DNA of 64,000 nucleotides from an uncultured Actinomycetes bacterium (GTDB lineage: Bacteria; Actinomycetota; UBA4738; JBBDTT01). Made by a program: the position numbers and the translations under genes. The DNA lies in contig CAVUMN010000002.1 in assembly GCA_963742735.1 (NCBI GenBank), positions 64,001-128,000 on the forward strand, read 5' to 3'. Under the pieces are notes generated by a model that ran no database searches, had not been told where the DNA came from, and saw only the letters and a list, made by a program, of their open reading frames with translations. Shown piece after piece: positions 29,398-40,772 of this stretch (positions are counted from its first letter, which is position 1; the number at the start of each line of letters is the position of its first letter).

Positions 29398-30945
29398 ATG
29401 CGTGGCAGGTCCATCGCTCTGTTCAGCATCCTGACGCTCGTGGCGGGCCTTCTGGGCCTCACCGCGGCGTACGCCGGCGGCTCCCCGACCACCCGCGTGG
29501 TGGACGACGACGGCATGGCGGTCCTGGGGAACTGCGACTCGGCGACGGCGACCTTCTCCACGATCCAGGCGGCGGTGGACGCGGCGAACACCGCTGACAC
29601 CATCAAGGTGTGTCCGGGGCTGTACGAGGAAGCGGTGGACGTGGGCAAGACCCTGGAGATCCTGGGTGCCCAGTCCGGGATCGACGGCCGCACCCGTCCC
29701 GGGACGCTCGCCGGGGAATCCGTGGTGAGCCCGCTCAATGAGCCCGGTGCGGGCTTCTACGTCAACGCCCCGAGCGTGGTCATCAACGGGTTCACCCTCC
29801 AGCTGTGGGAAGGGTCGGCCATCGACAGCACGCAGAGCCCTCCGTTCGTGGCCGCCGGTCTCCGGGTCCTGAACAACATCTTCAGGCAGAACGGAACCGG
29901 TCTCCTGATCGGCTCGGACAACAGCCTGGCCCGGCGGAACCTGTTCGAGGACAACTTCTTCGGGATCCACATGGTCACCGGGACGAAGGCCACGTTCACG
30001 ACCAATGAGTTCCTCGGCAACGAGATCGGCATCCTGCTCCAGGGGCAGATCCTTTGTCAGGGGTACTGCACCGGGGGTGCCCAGGGCTTCCCGACGGACG
30101 TCACTATCTCGACCAACGAGATCGTGGGGCCCGAGCAGGCGCCTGCCGGCTCAGGAGAGCCCACGGGGATCGAGGCCAACAACACGACCGGCCTGCGGAT
30201 CATCGGCAACACCATCTCCGAGGTCGGTGCGGGCATCTGGTTGGTCGGGGGCAACGACGCCACGACCATCGAGACGAACACCGTGACCGACACGGGACGC
30301 GCGGTCCTGCTCGGCCTCGGCATCTTCGAGAACGCGATTACCTACATCAACGCCAACCCGAACTCGAACGTGACCGTCAAGTCGAACGGCCTCACGAACG
30401 GCGGAATCGGCGTCCTGCTGGAGGAGTTCTCCCTGGAGGGATCGATGGTCGTCTCCCGCAACACGATCTCGGGCAACGAGTTCGGGATGTCCAATTTCTC
30501 GAGCACCCAGGTGAACGCGGCCGAGAACTGGTGGGGCCACGCCTCCGGCCCGTCGGAGTGGTCGAACGGGACGGGTGACGGCGTGGGAGTCGAGATCCGG
30601 TTCTTCCCGTGGGCGACCAACGCCACGTTCACCGCGTTCGCCAAGTGCAAGAACACGCCGACGGCCGCGAACCAGACCATCAACGGGACCACCGGCAACG
30701 ACATCCTGTGCGGCGGCGGCGGTCAGGACACCATCGACGGCAAGGCCGGAAACGACCTCATCCTGGGCGACGCCGGCAGCGACATCCTGATGGGCGCGCT
30801 CGGCGACGACGCCATCCTGGGTGGCCAGGGCGACGACACCCTGAACGGCAACGCCGGGTTCGACCACCTGCAGGGCCAGGCCAACACCGACACCTGCATC
30901 GTCGGGGTGGACGGAGGACTGACCGCCACCTGCGAGGGACCGTAA
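29398..30945 (+). CDS. Secreted beta-helix/RTX protein (paralog 3)
   Basis: Same architecture; GGAGG RBS. Confidence 0.8.
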   Translation: MRGRSIALFSILTLVAGLLGLTAAYAGGSPTTRVVDDDGMAVLGNCDSATATFSTIQAAVDAANTADTIKVCPGLYEEAVDVGKTLEILGAQSGIDGRTRPGTLAGESVVSPLNEPGAGFYVNAPSVVINGFTLQLWEGSAIDSTQSPPFVAAGLRVLNNIFRQNGTGLLIGSDNSLARRNLFEDNFFGIHMVTGTKATFTTNEFLGNEIGILLQGQILCQGYCTGGAQGFPTDVTISTNEIVGPEQAPAGSGEPTGIEANNTTGLRIIGNTISEVGAGIWLVGGNDATTIETNTVTDTGRAVLLGLGIFENAITYINANPNSNVTVKSNGLTNGGIGVLLEEFSLEGSMVVSRNTISGNEFGMSNFSSTQVNAAENWWGHASGPSEWSNGTGDGVGVEIRFFPWATNATFTAFAKCKNTPTAANQTINGTTGNDILCGGGGQDTIDGKAGNDLILGDAGSDILMGALGDDAILGGQGDDTLNGNAGFDHLQGQANTDTCIVGVDGGLTATCEGP

Positions 30946-31013
30946 GCGAAGAGGGCTCCATTCCATCGGCACGTGAACGGGCGGCGGTGGCCGGCCCAGA
31001 GGGAGGACGAACG

Positions 31014-32552
31014 ATGCGAGGACGCGCGGCTCTGCTCTGCATCCTGACCCTGGCCGGAAGCCTCTACGGGATCATCGGGGCCCAGGCCGGTCCCGGGGCG
31101 ATCACCATCATGGTCGACGACGACGGTATGGCCGCGGTCGGCAACTGCGGCTCGGCCACGGTCACCCACGACACGATCCAGGAGGCGGTGGACGCCGCGA
31201 TCTCCGGGGACACCATCAGGGTGTGTCCGGGGACCTACCCGGACCCGGTCCTCGTGGACAGGACCCTGGAGATCCAGGGCGCCCAGGCCGGGGTCGACGC
31301 ACGCACCCGGCCCGGAACGCTCTCCGCGGAATCCGTCCTCGACGGGGTGGACGGCGAATTCGACGGGATCGCCGTCGCCGCCCCGAACGTGGTCATCTCC
31401 GGGTTCACGTTCCTCAACTGGGACCGGGCGGTGGGGACGGCGGCGAGCGCGTCGCCCGCGCTCCGGGTCCTGGACTCCATCTTCACGAACAACTTCACGG
31501 GCGTCCACATCGACTCGGACAACAGCCTGGTCCGTCGGAGCCGCTTCCAGGACGGCACCCTCGGCATCCGGATGGTCGGAGGGACGAAGGCGCTGTTCAC
31601 GCTGAACGAGTTCGAGGGCAACATCGTCGGCATCCTGATCGAGGGGGGCTTCTGCGACCTCTGCGCCCAGGGAACGCCCGTGGTGAGTCTGCCTGCGGAC
31701 ATCCGGATTCATCGCAACGACATCCAGGGGGGCGCGGTGATTCCGACCGGACCGTTGTCTACGACGGGGATCGAGTCCGAGGCCGCGACCGGCCTGACGA
31801 TCACGGAGAACACCATCTCCGGGCTCGGCCGCGGAATCTGGCTCATCGAGGGCAACGACACGGTGACCATCGAGCTGAACGACGTGGACGACTCGACGGT
31901 CGCCCTCCTCCTGGGCTTCGGCCCGAAGGAGGTCGAAACCACGGGGATCTGCTGCTTCGGCCCGAACTCGAACATCTCGGTGAGGTCGAACCGGTTCACC
32001 AACGGGGAAACGGGCGTCCAGGTGGAGGAGGAGTCCTTCACGGGGAACTTCGTCCTCTCCCGCAACACCATCTCCGGGAACCTGGACTGGGGGATCGTGA
32101 ACTTCTCGGGTGTCCAGGTGAACGCGGCGGAGAACTGGTGGGGCCACGCCTCGGGGCCCGACGACTGGTCGAACGGAACCGGTGACGACGTGTCGCCCGA
32201 CGTTCGGTTCTTCCCGTGGTCCACGAACGCCACCTTCACGGCCTTCGCCAAGTGCAAGAACACGCCTACGGCCGCGAACCAGACCATCAACGGGACCACC
32301 GGCAACGACATCCTGTGCGGCGGCGGCGGTCAGGACACCATCAACGGCAAGGCCGGCAACGACCTCATCCTGGGCGACGCCGGGAGCGACATCCTGACGG
32401 GCGCGCTGGGCGACGACGCCATCCTGGGCGGCCAGGGCGACGACACCCTGAACGGCAACGCCGGGTTCGACTCCCTGCAGGGCCAGGCCAACAACGACTT
32501 CTGCGACCTCGGGGTGGACTCGGGACAGTCGGCCACCTGCGAAGGATCTTGA
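31014..32552 (+). CDS. Secreted beta-helix/RTX protein (paralog 4)
   Basis: Same architecture; GGAGG RBS. Confidence 0.8.
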   Translation: MRGRAALLCILTLAGSLYGIIGAQAGPGAITIMVDDDGMAAVGNCGSATVTHDTIQEAVDAAISGDTIRVCPGTYPDPVLVDRTLEIQGAQAGVDARTRPGTLSAESVLDGVDGEFDGIAVAAPNVVISGFTFLNWDRAVGTAASASPALRVLDSIFTNNFTGVHIDSDNSLVRRSRFQDGTLGIRMVGGTKALFTLNEFEGNIVGILIEGGFCDLCAQGTPVVSLPADIRIHRNDIQGGAVIPTGPLSTTGIESEAATGLTITENTISGLGRGIWLIEGNDTVTIELNDVDDSTVALLLGFGPKEVETTGICCFGPNSNISVRSNRFTNGETGVQVEEESFTGNFVLSRNTISGNLDWGIVNFSGVQVNAAENWWGHASGPDDWSNGTGDDVSPDVRFFPWSTNATFTAFAKCKNTPTAANQTINGTTGNDILCGGGGQDTINGKAGNDLILGDAGSDILTGALGDDAILGGQGDDTLNGNAGFDSLQGQANNDFCDLGVDSGQSATCEGS

Positions 32553-32565
32553 TCAGTTCGCCGGC

Positions 32566-32832
32566 CTAGGAGGCCTGCGAGGTCTGGCGGTTCAGCGCCT
32601 TGGCGGCGCGGGACTTGCGGTTGGCGGCGCGGCGCTTGTGGATGACGCCCTTCGACGCGGCCTTGTCCAGGGACCGGGTGAGGTCGCGGAGACGCTCCTG
32701 ACCGGTCGCGGCGTCCTCGGCCTCGCCGACGCGGCGGGCCTTGGTCTTGAGCGCGCTGCGCACGCCCTTGTTGCGTTCCCGCGCGCGCTCGTTCTGCCGG
32801 TTGCGCTTGATCTGTGACTTGATGTTCGCCAT
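32566..32832 (-). CDS. rpsT: 30S ribosomal protein S20
   Basis: [24 protein letters not shown]. Confidence 0.97.
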   Translation of the reverse strand: MANIKSQIKRNRQNERARERNKGVRSALKTKARRVGEAEDAATGQERLRDLTRSLDKAASKGVIHKRRAANRKSRAAKALNRQTSQAS

Positions 32833-32886
32833 GAGCCGCGGAGTTTAGCAGGCGAAGGATCGCGCGCCCGCTACGCTTGGGCCGTC

Positions 32887-34694
<1,808 letters not shown>

Positions 34695-34698
<4 letters not shown>

Positions 34699-35795
34699 AC
34701 GCCGGCCTGTACGTCCACGTCCCGTTCTGCCTGACCCGCTGCGGGTACTGTGACTTCAATGCGTATGCCGGACTGGATCACCTGGCGGGCCGCTACACGC
34801 GGGCGTTGCGAGCCGAAGCCGACCTGTGGTCGGACGAGTGGCGAGGGACCGGAATCGCCAGCACCTTTGTAGGGGGTGGAACGCCCACCACGCTGGCGGC
34901 GCGCGAGTTGGTCAAGCTGCTTGACCATTTCCGTGGAGCGTTCCACATCGCTGGCGGTGGTGAAGTCACCGTGGAGGCGAACCCGGACACCGTGGATGCG
35001 GACTACTTCTCTGCGTTGCTTGCCGGCGACGTCAACCGGATCTCGATGGGGGCGCAGTCGTTCGACCCGGCGGTCCTGGCGTCGCTGGAGCGCGTGCACG
35101 GGCCGGAGTCGGTTCGCGCGGCGGTCGCGGCGGCCCGCGCGGCCGGGGTCGAGAACCTCTCGCTCGACCTGATCTACGGGGCCGAGGGCGAGACCGACGC
35201 GTCGTGGCGGCGGACGCTGGAGGAGACGATCGCGCTCGAGCCCGAGCACGTGAGCGCCTACGCGCTGACCGTCGAGCCGAACACGGCCCTGGGCCGGCAG
35301 GTCGGGCTCGGGCTCCGGCCCGCCCCGGACCCGGACGTCCAGGCCGATCGGTACGAGGTGGCGTGCGAGCTGCTCTCGGCCGCGGGCTACGAGCACTACG
35401 AGGTCTCGAACTGGGCGACGCCCGGCCGGCGGTGCGTGCACAACGAGGGGTACTGGGAGGGCCGTCCGTACCTGGGCCTCGGCGCCGGCGCCCACTCCTA
35501 CCGCAATGGCGTCCGCTGGTGGAACGTTCGTCCTCCCACCGACTACCTGCTCCGGGTCGAGGTGGGAGAGCGCCCGGTGGGGGCCCGGGAGCGACTCACC
35601 GACGACGAGCGCCGGACCGAACGGTTGTTGCTCGGCCTGCGCATGCGCGAGGGCGTCCCCGCCGAGTGGGTGGACGCCGCCCGCGCCGACGACTACGTCG
35701 CCGAGGGGCTGGCGGAGCGCCGCAACGGACACCTCGCCTTGACCGAGCGCGGCTGGTTCGTCGCCAACGACCTGGTGCTCGAGCTGGGCCGTTAG
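34695..35795 (+). CDS. hemW: Radical SAM heme chaperone HemW
   Basis: YVHVPFC..RC.YCDF, GGGTP, HN..YW. Confidence 0.9.
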
Positions 35796-35818
35796 CACTC
35801 GACCGGCGAGAGTGCCAA
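35792..35818 (+). promoter_or_regulatory. CIRCE operator (HrcA site)
   Basis: TTAGCACTC-N9-GAGTGCCAA, then TACAAT (35820-35825) and the hrcA GTG. Confidence 0.95.
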
Positions 35819-35831
35819 CTACAATGGGTGC

Positions 35832-36875
35832 GTGAGTCCCTCCGAGGAGCTCGGGCAGCGCAAGGGGACCGTGCTCCGCGCGGTCGTGACCGAGCACATC
35901 CGCACGGGCGAGCCGGTGGGCTCGGGGGCGGTCGTCACCCGGTATCGCCTGCGGGTGAGCCCGGCGACCATCCGCAACGACATGGCCGCGCTCGAAGACT
36001 TCGGCTACCTGGCGCAGCCACACACCTCCGCGGGCCGGATCCCCACCGACAGCGGCTACCGGTACTACGTGGACACCTCGCCGCGCGCGGCGATGTTGCG
36101 CGAGGCCCACAAGCAGGCCATCGCCCGGTTCTTCGGCGACGCCCAGCCCGACCTGGACGAGGTCGTGCGCGGCACCACCCAGCTCCTCTCGGAGCTGACC
36201 CGTCACGCCTCGCTCGCCCTGGCCCCCAGCCTGACCGACAGCGCGATCGTCCGCCTGGACCTCATGCGGATCGGGTCGGCGCTCGTCCTGCTGGTCATCG
36301 TCGACACCGGCCGAGTGGAGAAGCGCGTGCTGGCCGGAGGCTCGGAGCTTTCCGCGCCGGCGGCGGAGCGCCTGGGCGCCCGGGCCGAGCATGCGGCGGC
36401 CGGGCGAACCCTTGCCGAGGCCGCTACCGCGTTGGCCGGCGTGGCCCGCGAGGCGACCGGCGACGACGCCGAGGTGCTGGGGGACGTGGCCGCGGCCGTC
36501 GGTGAGATGGCCGGCGAGGCGCCGTCCGGCGACGTCATCCTGGGCGGCGTGGGCAACCTGGCCGCCGAGGAGGGCTTCGAGCGCCGCGAGTCGGTGCGCC
36601 AGCTCTTCGAAGCCCTGGAGCGCCACGCCGAGGTCACCGACCTGATGCGCACCGCGAGCGACGCCCCCGACGTCACCGTCTCGATCGGCGGCGAGAACCC
36701 GCTGCCGACCATGCACAACGCGAGCCTGGTGATCGCGTCGTACCGCGTGGACGATCGTCCCCTGGGCTCGATCGGGGTGGTCGGGCCCACGCGCATGGAC
36801 TACCTGGAGGCGATCACCGCCGTGCGCGCCGTGGCCCGGCGCCTGTCCGAGGCCATCGGCCCCCTCACGAGTTGA
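35832..36875 (+). CDS. hrcA: Heat-inducible transcription repressor
   Basis: EPVGS, SPATIRNDM, QPHTSAGRIPT, GPTRMDY. Confidence 0.96.
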   Translation: MSPSEELGQRKGTVLRAVVTEHIRTGEPVGSGAVVTRYRLRVSPATIRNDMAALEDFGYLAQPHTSAGRIPTDSGYRYYVDTSPRAAMLREAHKQAIARFFGDAQPDLDEVVRGTTQLLSELTRHASLALAPSLTDSAIVRLDLMRIGSALVLLVIVDTGRVEKRVLAGGSELSAPAAERLGARAEHAAAGRTLAEAATALAGVAREATGDDAEVLGDVAAAVGEMAGEAPSGDVILGGVGNLAAEEGFERRESVRQLFEALERHAEVTDLMRTASDAPDVTVSIGGENPLPTMHNASLVIASYRVDDRPLGSIGVVGPTRMDYLEAITAVRAVARRLSEAIGPLTS

Positions 36876-37972
36876 GCACGCAGCTCCCCGACCTGTACGG
36901 CGTCCTCGGGGTCCCCCACGACGCCACGGCCGAGGACATCAAGCGCGCCTACCGCCGCCTGGCCCGCGAGCACCACCCGGACGTCAGTGCCAACCCTGAG
37001 GCCGAGCAGCGGTTCAAGGAGATCTCGGCCGCGTACGAGACGCTGTCCGACCCCGCGAAGCGCCGGCAGTACGACCTGTTCGGGTCGGGCCAGCTCGGCT
37101 CCGACGCGTTCCCGTTCGGCGGCCTGGGCGACCTGTTCGAGGCGTTCTTCGGCGGGGGGTTCCCCGGGCGGTCCCAGAGCCCGCGGACGCGGGTCCGCCG
37201 CGGCGAGGACCTGTACGCGCGCGTCGCCCTGTCGTTCGAGGAGGCTGCGTTCGGGGTGGAGCGCGAGCTCTCGCTGGAGAGCCTGGAGACGTGCGCGACC
37301 TGTCAGGGCTCGGGCTGCTCTCCGGGGACGTTCCCGTCCCGGTGCACGAGCTGCGGCGGGACCGGCCAGGTGCAGGACGTCGCGCGGAGCGTCTTCGGCA
37401 CCGTCGTGACCGCGCACGCGTGCGGGACGTGCGACGGCAGCGGGCAGGAGATCGGCTCGCCGTGCGCGCAGTGCCGCGGCGAGGGGCGGGTGCGATCGCA
37501 GCAGCGGATGACGGTCCAGGTCCCGCCCGGCGTGGCCAGCGGGACCGAGCTACGGGTGGCCGACGCCGGTGCGGCCGGACGCTCGGGCGGCCCCGCGGGC
37601 GACCTGTACGTCGGCGTTGAGGTCGCCGCCCACCCGGTGTTCGAACGCCGTGGGGCCGACCTCGTCTGCGCGCTTCGCCTCCCGGTGACGCAGGCGCTCC
37701 TTGGGACCGACCTGGAGATCGACACGCTGGAGGGACCGGAGACCCTGCGAGTGGAGCCCGGAACCGAGTCCGGTGCCGTGATCCGGCTGCGGGGCCGGGG
37801 CATCCCGCACCTCGGGCGCCGGGGCCGGGGCGACCTGCTCATCCAGGTGGCCGTGGAGATGCCGGAGAAGCTCTCACGCAAGGAGCGGGAGCTGGTCGAG
37901 CGGCTGGCCGAGCTCCGCGGCGAGGATCGCGGGAAACCGGCGAAGGGCCGGCTCGGCCGGCTCGAGCGCTGA
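36872..37972 (+). CDS. dnaJ: Chaperone DnaJ
   Basis: HPD J-domain, four CxxCxGxG repeats. Confidence 0.96.
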   Translation: MSTQLPDLYGVLGVPHDATAEDIKRAYRRLAREHHPDVSANPEAEQRFKEISAAYETLSDPAKRRQYDLFGSGQLGSDAFPFGGLGDLFEAFFGGGFPGRSQSPRTRVRRGEDLYARVALSFEEAAFGVERELSLESLETCATCQGSGCSPGTFPSRCTSCGGTGQVQDVARSVFGTVVTAHACGTCDGSGQEIGSPCAQCRGEGRVRSQQRMTVQVPPGVASGTELRVADAGAAGRSGGPAGDLYVGVEVAAHPVFERRGADLVCALRLPVTQALLGTDLEIDTLEGPETLRVEPGTESGAVIRLRGRGIPHLGRRGRGDLLIQVAVEMPEKLSRKERELVERLAELRGEDRGKPAKGRLGRLER

Positions 37973-37978
37973 GGCCCG

Positions 37979-38689
37979 ATGCCCAAGGGCCTGCCGTACT
38001 TCTACGTCGACGAGCCGGGCGAGCGCGTTCGTCCGTCCGAGGACGACGCCGCCCACGCGGTGCGCTCCTTGCGGCTCCGGCCGGGCGACGAGATCACCGT
38101 CGCCGACGGCCGCGGATGGGTCGGGCGCGGGACGCTCACTCCCGACGGCGACGTCCAGATCGTGGAGTCGCGCACCCTCGGGCCGCCGACGCCGCGGGTG
38201 CGCGTGGCGATGGCCCCGCCGGCGAGCGACCGGGCGTGGTGGGCGGTCCAGAAGCTGACCGAGCTCGGAGTCGACGAGATCGCGCTCGTGGAGTCGACGC
38301 GATCGACCCGCGCGCTCGGTCGTGACGGGCACGCGCTTCGGCGAGCCGTCGCCGTCGCCCGCGAGGCCTCGAAGCAATCGCGCCGGACGTTTCTTCCGGA
38401 GGTCACCGTCAGCGGTGCTCGCGGCCTGTTTGTCGGCGCGCCCGATCAGGAAACCTCGGTGGTCCTGTTCGAGGACGCGACCGAGCCCTTGAGCTCGGTT
38501 CTGCCCGAACGTCTGGAAAGGATCTCGGCCTACATCGGCCCCGAGGGCGGGCTGGCGCCGGAGGACCTGGACGCGGCCCGGGAGCGGGGTGCCGTCCTGG
38601 CCTCGCTCGGCGAGCCCAACCTGCGCACCGAGACGGCGGCGATCGCCGCCGCGGCCATCGTGCTGTCCCGGTACGGCCGGCTCGGGTAG
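37979..38689 (+). CDS. rsmE: 16S rRNA m3U1498 methyltransferase
   Basis: H..R.LRL, K.TELG, IGPEGG, LRTETA. Confidence 0.92.
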   Translation: MPKGLPYFYVDEPGERVRPSEDDAAHAVRSLRLRPGDEITVADGRGWVGRGTLTPDGDVQIVESRTLGPPTPRVRVAMAPPASDRAWWAVQKLTELGVDEIALVESTRSTRALGRDGHALRRAVAVAREASKQSRRTFLPEVTVSGARGLFVGAPDQETSVVLFEDATEPLSSVLPERLERISAYIGPEGGLAPEDLDAARERGAVLASLGEPNLRTETAAIAAAAIVLSRYGRLG

Positions 38690-38705
38690 GGGTAGGCTCG
38701 ACGCC

Positions 38706-38936
38706 ATGAGGAAGCTGGAGTCGAGGCTCTGGTTGGCGGTCGTCCTGATCCTGCTCGCGGCGGCCGCCCTCGTGTTGATCCCGTTCAACCTGCGGTGGGC
38801 CGGCGTGTACGTGCCGGTCGCGATCCTGTCGGCGGCGGTCGCGGCGTTCCTGGCGGTCTCCGTCGTCCGGGGGCGTCGCGCGTCGGGATCGTTCGGAGAT
38901 GTGGGGCGTCGCGTGGACGAGGTCGAGACGCAGTGA
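38706..38936 (+). CDS. Small two-TM membrane protein
   Basis: Two hydrophobic segments; TAGGCT 7 nt upstream; stop overlaps HIT start (TGATG). Confidence 0.55.
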   Translation: MRKLESRLWLAVVLILLAAAALVLIPFNLRWAGVYVPVAILSAAVAAFLAVSVVRGRRASGSFGDVGRRVDEVETQ

Positions 38937-39277
38937 TGGACTGCCTGTTCTGCAAGATCGTCGCGGGCGACGTGGACGCCGACGTCGTCCACCGCACCGA
39001 GAGCGTCGTGGCGTTCCCCGACATCAATCCGCAGGCTCCGACGCACATCCTGATCATCCCCGTGGAGCACATCGAGTCCGCGCTCGCGGTGCGCGAGCAG
39101 CACGGCGAGCTCCTGGCCGAGCTGTTCTCCGCCGCGCAGCACCTGGCGAGTACCGAAGGGCTCGACGAGCGCGGCTGGCGACTGGTGACGAACGTCGGCC
39201 CCGACGCCGGGCAGACCGTGCACCACCTGCACCTCCACCTGCTCGGGGGCCGGCAGATGGCGTGGCCCCCGGGGTAG
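38936..39277 (+). CDS. HIT family (histidine triad) nucleotide hydrolase
   Basis: DCLFCKI, DINPQAPTH, HLHLH. Confidence 0.93.
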   Translation: MDCLFCKIVAGDVDADVVHRTESVVAFPDINPQAPTHILIIPVEHIESALAVREQHGELLAELFSAAQHLASTEGLDERGWRLVTNVGPDAGQTVHHLHLHLLGGRQMAWPPG

Positions 39278-39357
39278 GAGCCGAAGGGCCCGCTGGTATG
39301 ATCGGGCACGAAGCCGGGGCCGCGAGCGCGGCGTCGCCTTCACGGAGAAGCACTCCC

Positions 39358-40335
39358 TTGGCGGAAGCCACGCAGGTACGAATCATCGTCCCCGGCCACC
39401 AACCCATGGTGGCGCTCCTCGGACAACGCGACGAGCTCCTCAAGCTGATCGAGGGCGCGTTCGAGTCGCGCATCCTGGTTCGCGGAAACGAGATCACCAT
39501 CGAGGGGGACAAGGCCGAGACCGAGCGGCTGGCCACGCTGTTCGAGGAGCTCCTGAACCTGGTCTCGGCGGGCCAGGTCCTGACCGCGGAGTCGGTCGGA
39601 CACACGATCAACCTGATCAAGGACGACGAGGCGACCACGCCGGCGGATGTGCTGCGCGACGTCGTCCTGTCCGCGCGCGGGAAGTCGATCGCCCCCAAGA
39701 CGGTGGGACAGAAGCGCTACGTCGACGCCATCCGGCGCGCCACCGTCACCTTCGCGATCGGGCCGGCCGGAAGCGGCAAGACGTTCCTGGCGGTCGCGGC
39801 CGCGGTGAAGGCCCTGAACGGGGGAGACGTCTCGCGGATCATCCTGACCCGGCCTGCGGTCGAGGCCGGCGAGAAGCTGGGGTTCCTGCCCGGCACGCTC
39901 TACGAGAAGATCGACCCGTACCTGAAGCCGTTGTACGACGCGCTCTACGACATGATGGCGCCCGAGGCGTTCCAGCGGCTCGTCGAGCGGGGGACGATCG
40001 AGGTCGCGCCGCTCGGGTTCATGCGGGGCCGGACCCTGAACGACTCATTCATCATCCTGGACGAGGCGCAGAACACGACCCCCGAGCAGATGAAGATGTT
40101 CCTGACGCGCCTGGGGTTCGGCTCGAAGGCGGTCGTCAACGGCGACGTCACCCAGACCGACCTGCCCACCGCCCAGCGATCGGGCCTGTCGGTGGTCGAG
40201 GAGATCCTGCAGGGGATCCCCGGTCTCGAGTTCATCCGCCTCGGGGCTCGCGACGTGGTCCGGCACAAGATCGTGCAGGACATCGTGGAGGCCTACCGGC
40301 GCTACAGCGAGGAACCCTCCGAGCGCCGCGCCTGA
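39358..40335 (+). CDS. phoH: PhoH-like ATPase
   Basis: GPAGSGKT, RPAVEAGE.LGFLPG, MRGRTL, DEAQN. Confidence 0.93.
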   Translation: MAEATQVRIIVPGHQPMVALLGQRDELLKLIEGAFESRILVRGNEITIEGDKAETERLATLFEELLNLVSAGQVLTAESVGHTINLIKDDEATTPADVLRDVVLSARGKSIAPKTVGQKRYVDAIRRATVTFAIGPAGSGKTFLAVAAAVKALNGGDVSRIILTRPAVEAGEKLGFLPGTLYEKIDPYLKPLYDALYDMMAPEAFQRLVERGTIEVAPLGFMRGRTLNDSFIILDEAQNTTPEQMKMFLTRLGFGSKAVVNGDVTQTDLPTAQRSGLSVVEEILQGIPGLEFIRLGARDVVRHKIVQDIVEAYRRYSEEPSERRA

Positions 40336-40340
40336 TCCCC

Positions 40341-40772
40341 ATGCCCGACGACCTCCCTCGATTGCTCGTGTCCGATCGGCAGGACCTGCCGGTTGAGCTG
40401 GTCCCCCTGCTGCAGGCCGCGCGCGCCGTCCTGGTGGCCGAGGACGCGAAGCAGGCCGAGCTCTCGATCTCGTTCGTGAGCCGCGAGGAGATGGAAGCCC
40501 TGCACGTCCGGTGGATGGGCGAGCCCGGCCCGACCGACGTCCTGTCCTTCCAGATCGGCGACAGCGACGACGACGGCATGCGCATCCTGGGCGACGTGGT
40601 GATCTGCCCCGACGTCGCGAAGGAGGGCGCCAACGCGTTCGACGACGAGCTGCGGCTGCTGCTCGTGCACGGCATCCTCCACCTGCTCGGCCATGACCAC
40701 GAGGAGCTCGCGGACCGCCGCGCCATGTGGGAGAAGCAGGAGGCCCATACCGGCATCCGGGTGCAGCTGTGA
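40341..40772 (+). CDS. ybeY: rRNA maturation endonuclease YbeY
   Basis: PTDVLSF, HGILHLLGHDH. Confidence 0.93.
   Translation: MPDDLPRLLVSDRQDLPVELVPLLQAARAVLVAEDAKQAELSISFVSREEMEALHVRWMGEPGPTDVLSFQIGDSDDDGMRILGDVVICPDVAKEGANAFDDELRLLLVHGILHLLGHDHEELADRRAMWEKQEAHTGIRVQL

Larger units (their letters stand above)
27391..32342 (+). repeat. 54-bp block identical in all four paralogs (27391-27444, 29017-29070, 30682-30735, 32289-32342)
   Basis: aacgggaccaccggcaacgacatcctgtgcggcggcggcggtcaggacaccatc read at four positions. Confidence 0.9.

Noticed and set aside
30609-31013. 647-aa ORF suggesting fusion or readthrough of paralogs 3 and 4
   Set aside because: The upstream part is an off-frame shadow of paralog 3; paralog 4 has its own RBS and ATG at 31014.
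26113-32552. Array as a CRISPR, DGR or shufflon
   Set aside because: The repeats are coding paralog segments; no repeat-spacer periodicity, reverse transcriptase, template repeat or site-specific recombinase in the window.
34740-35040. Locally AT-richer codon usage inside hemW
   Set aside because: The frame and motifs are intact and no boundaries or repeats are visible; not quantifiable by eye.
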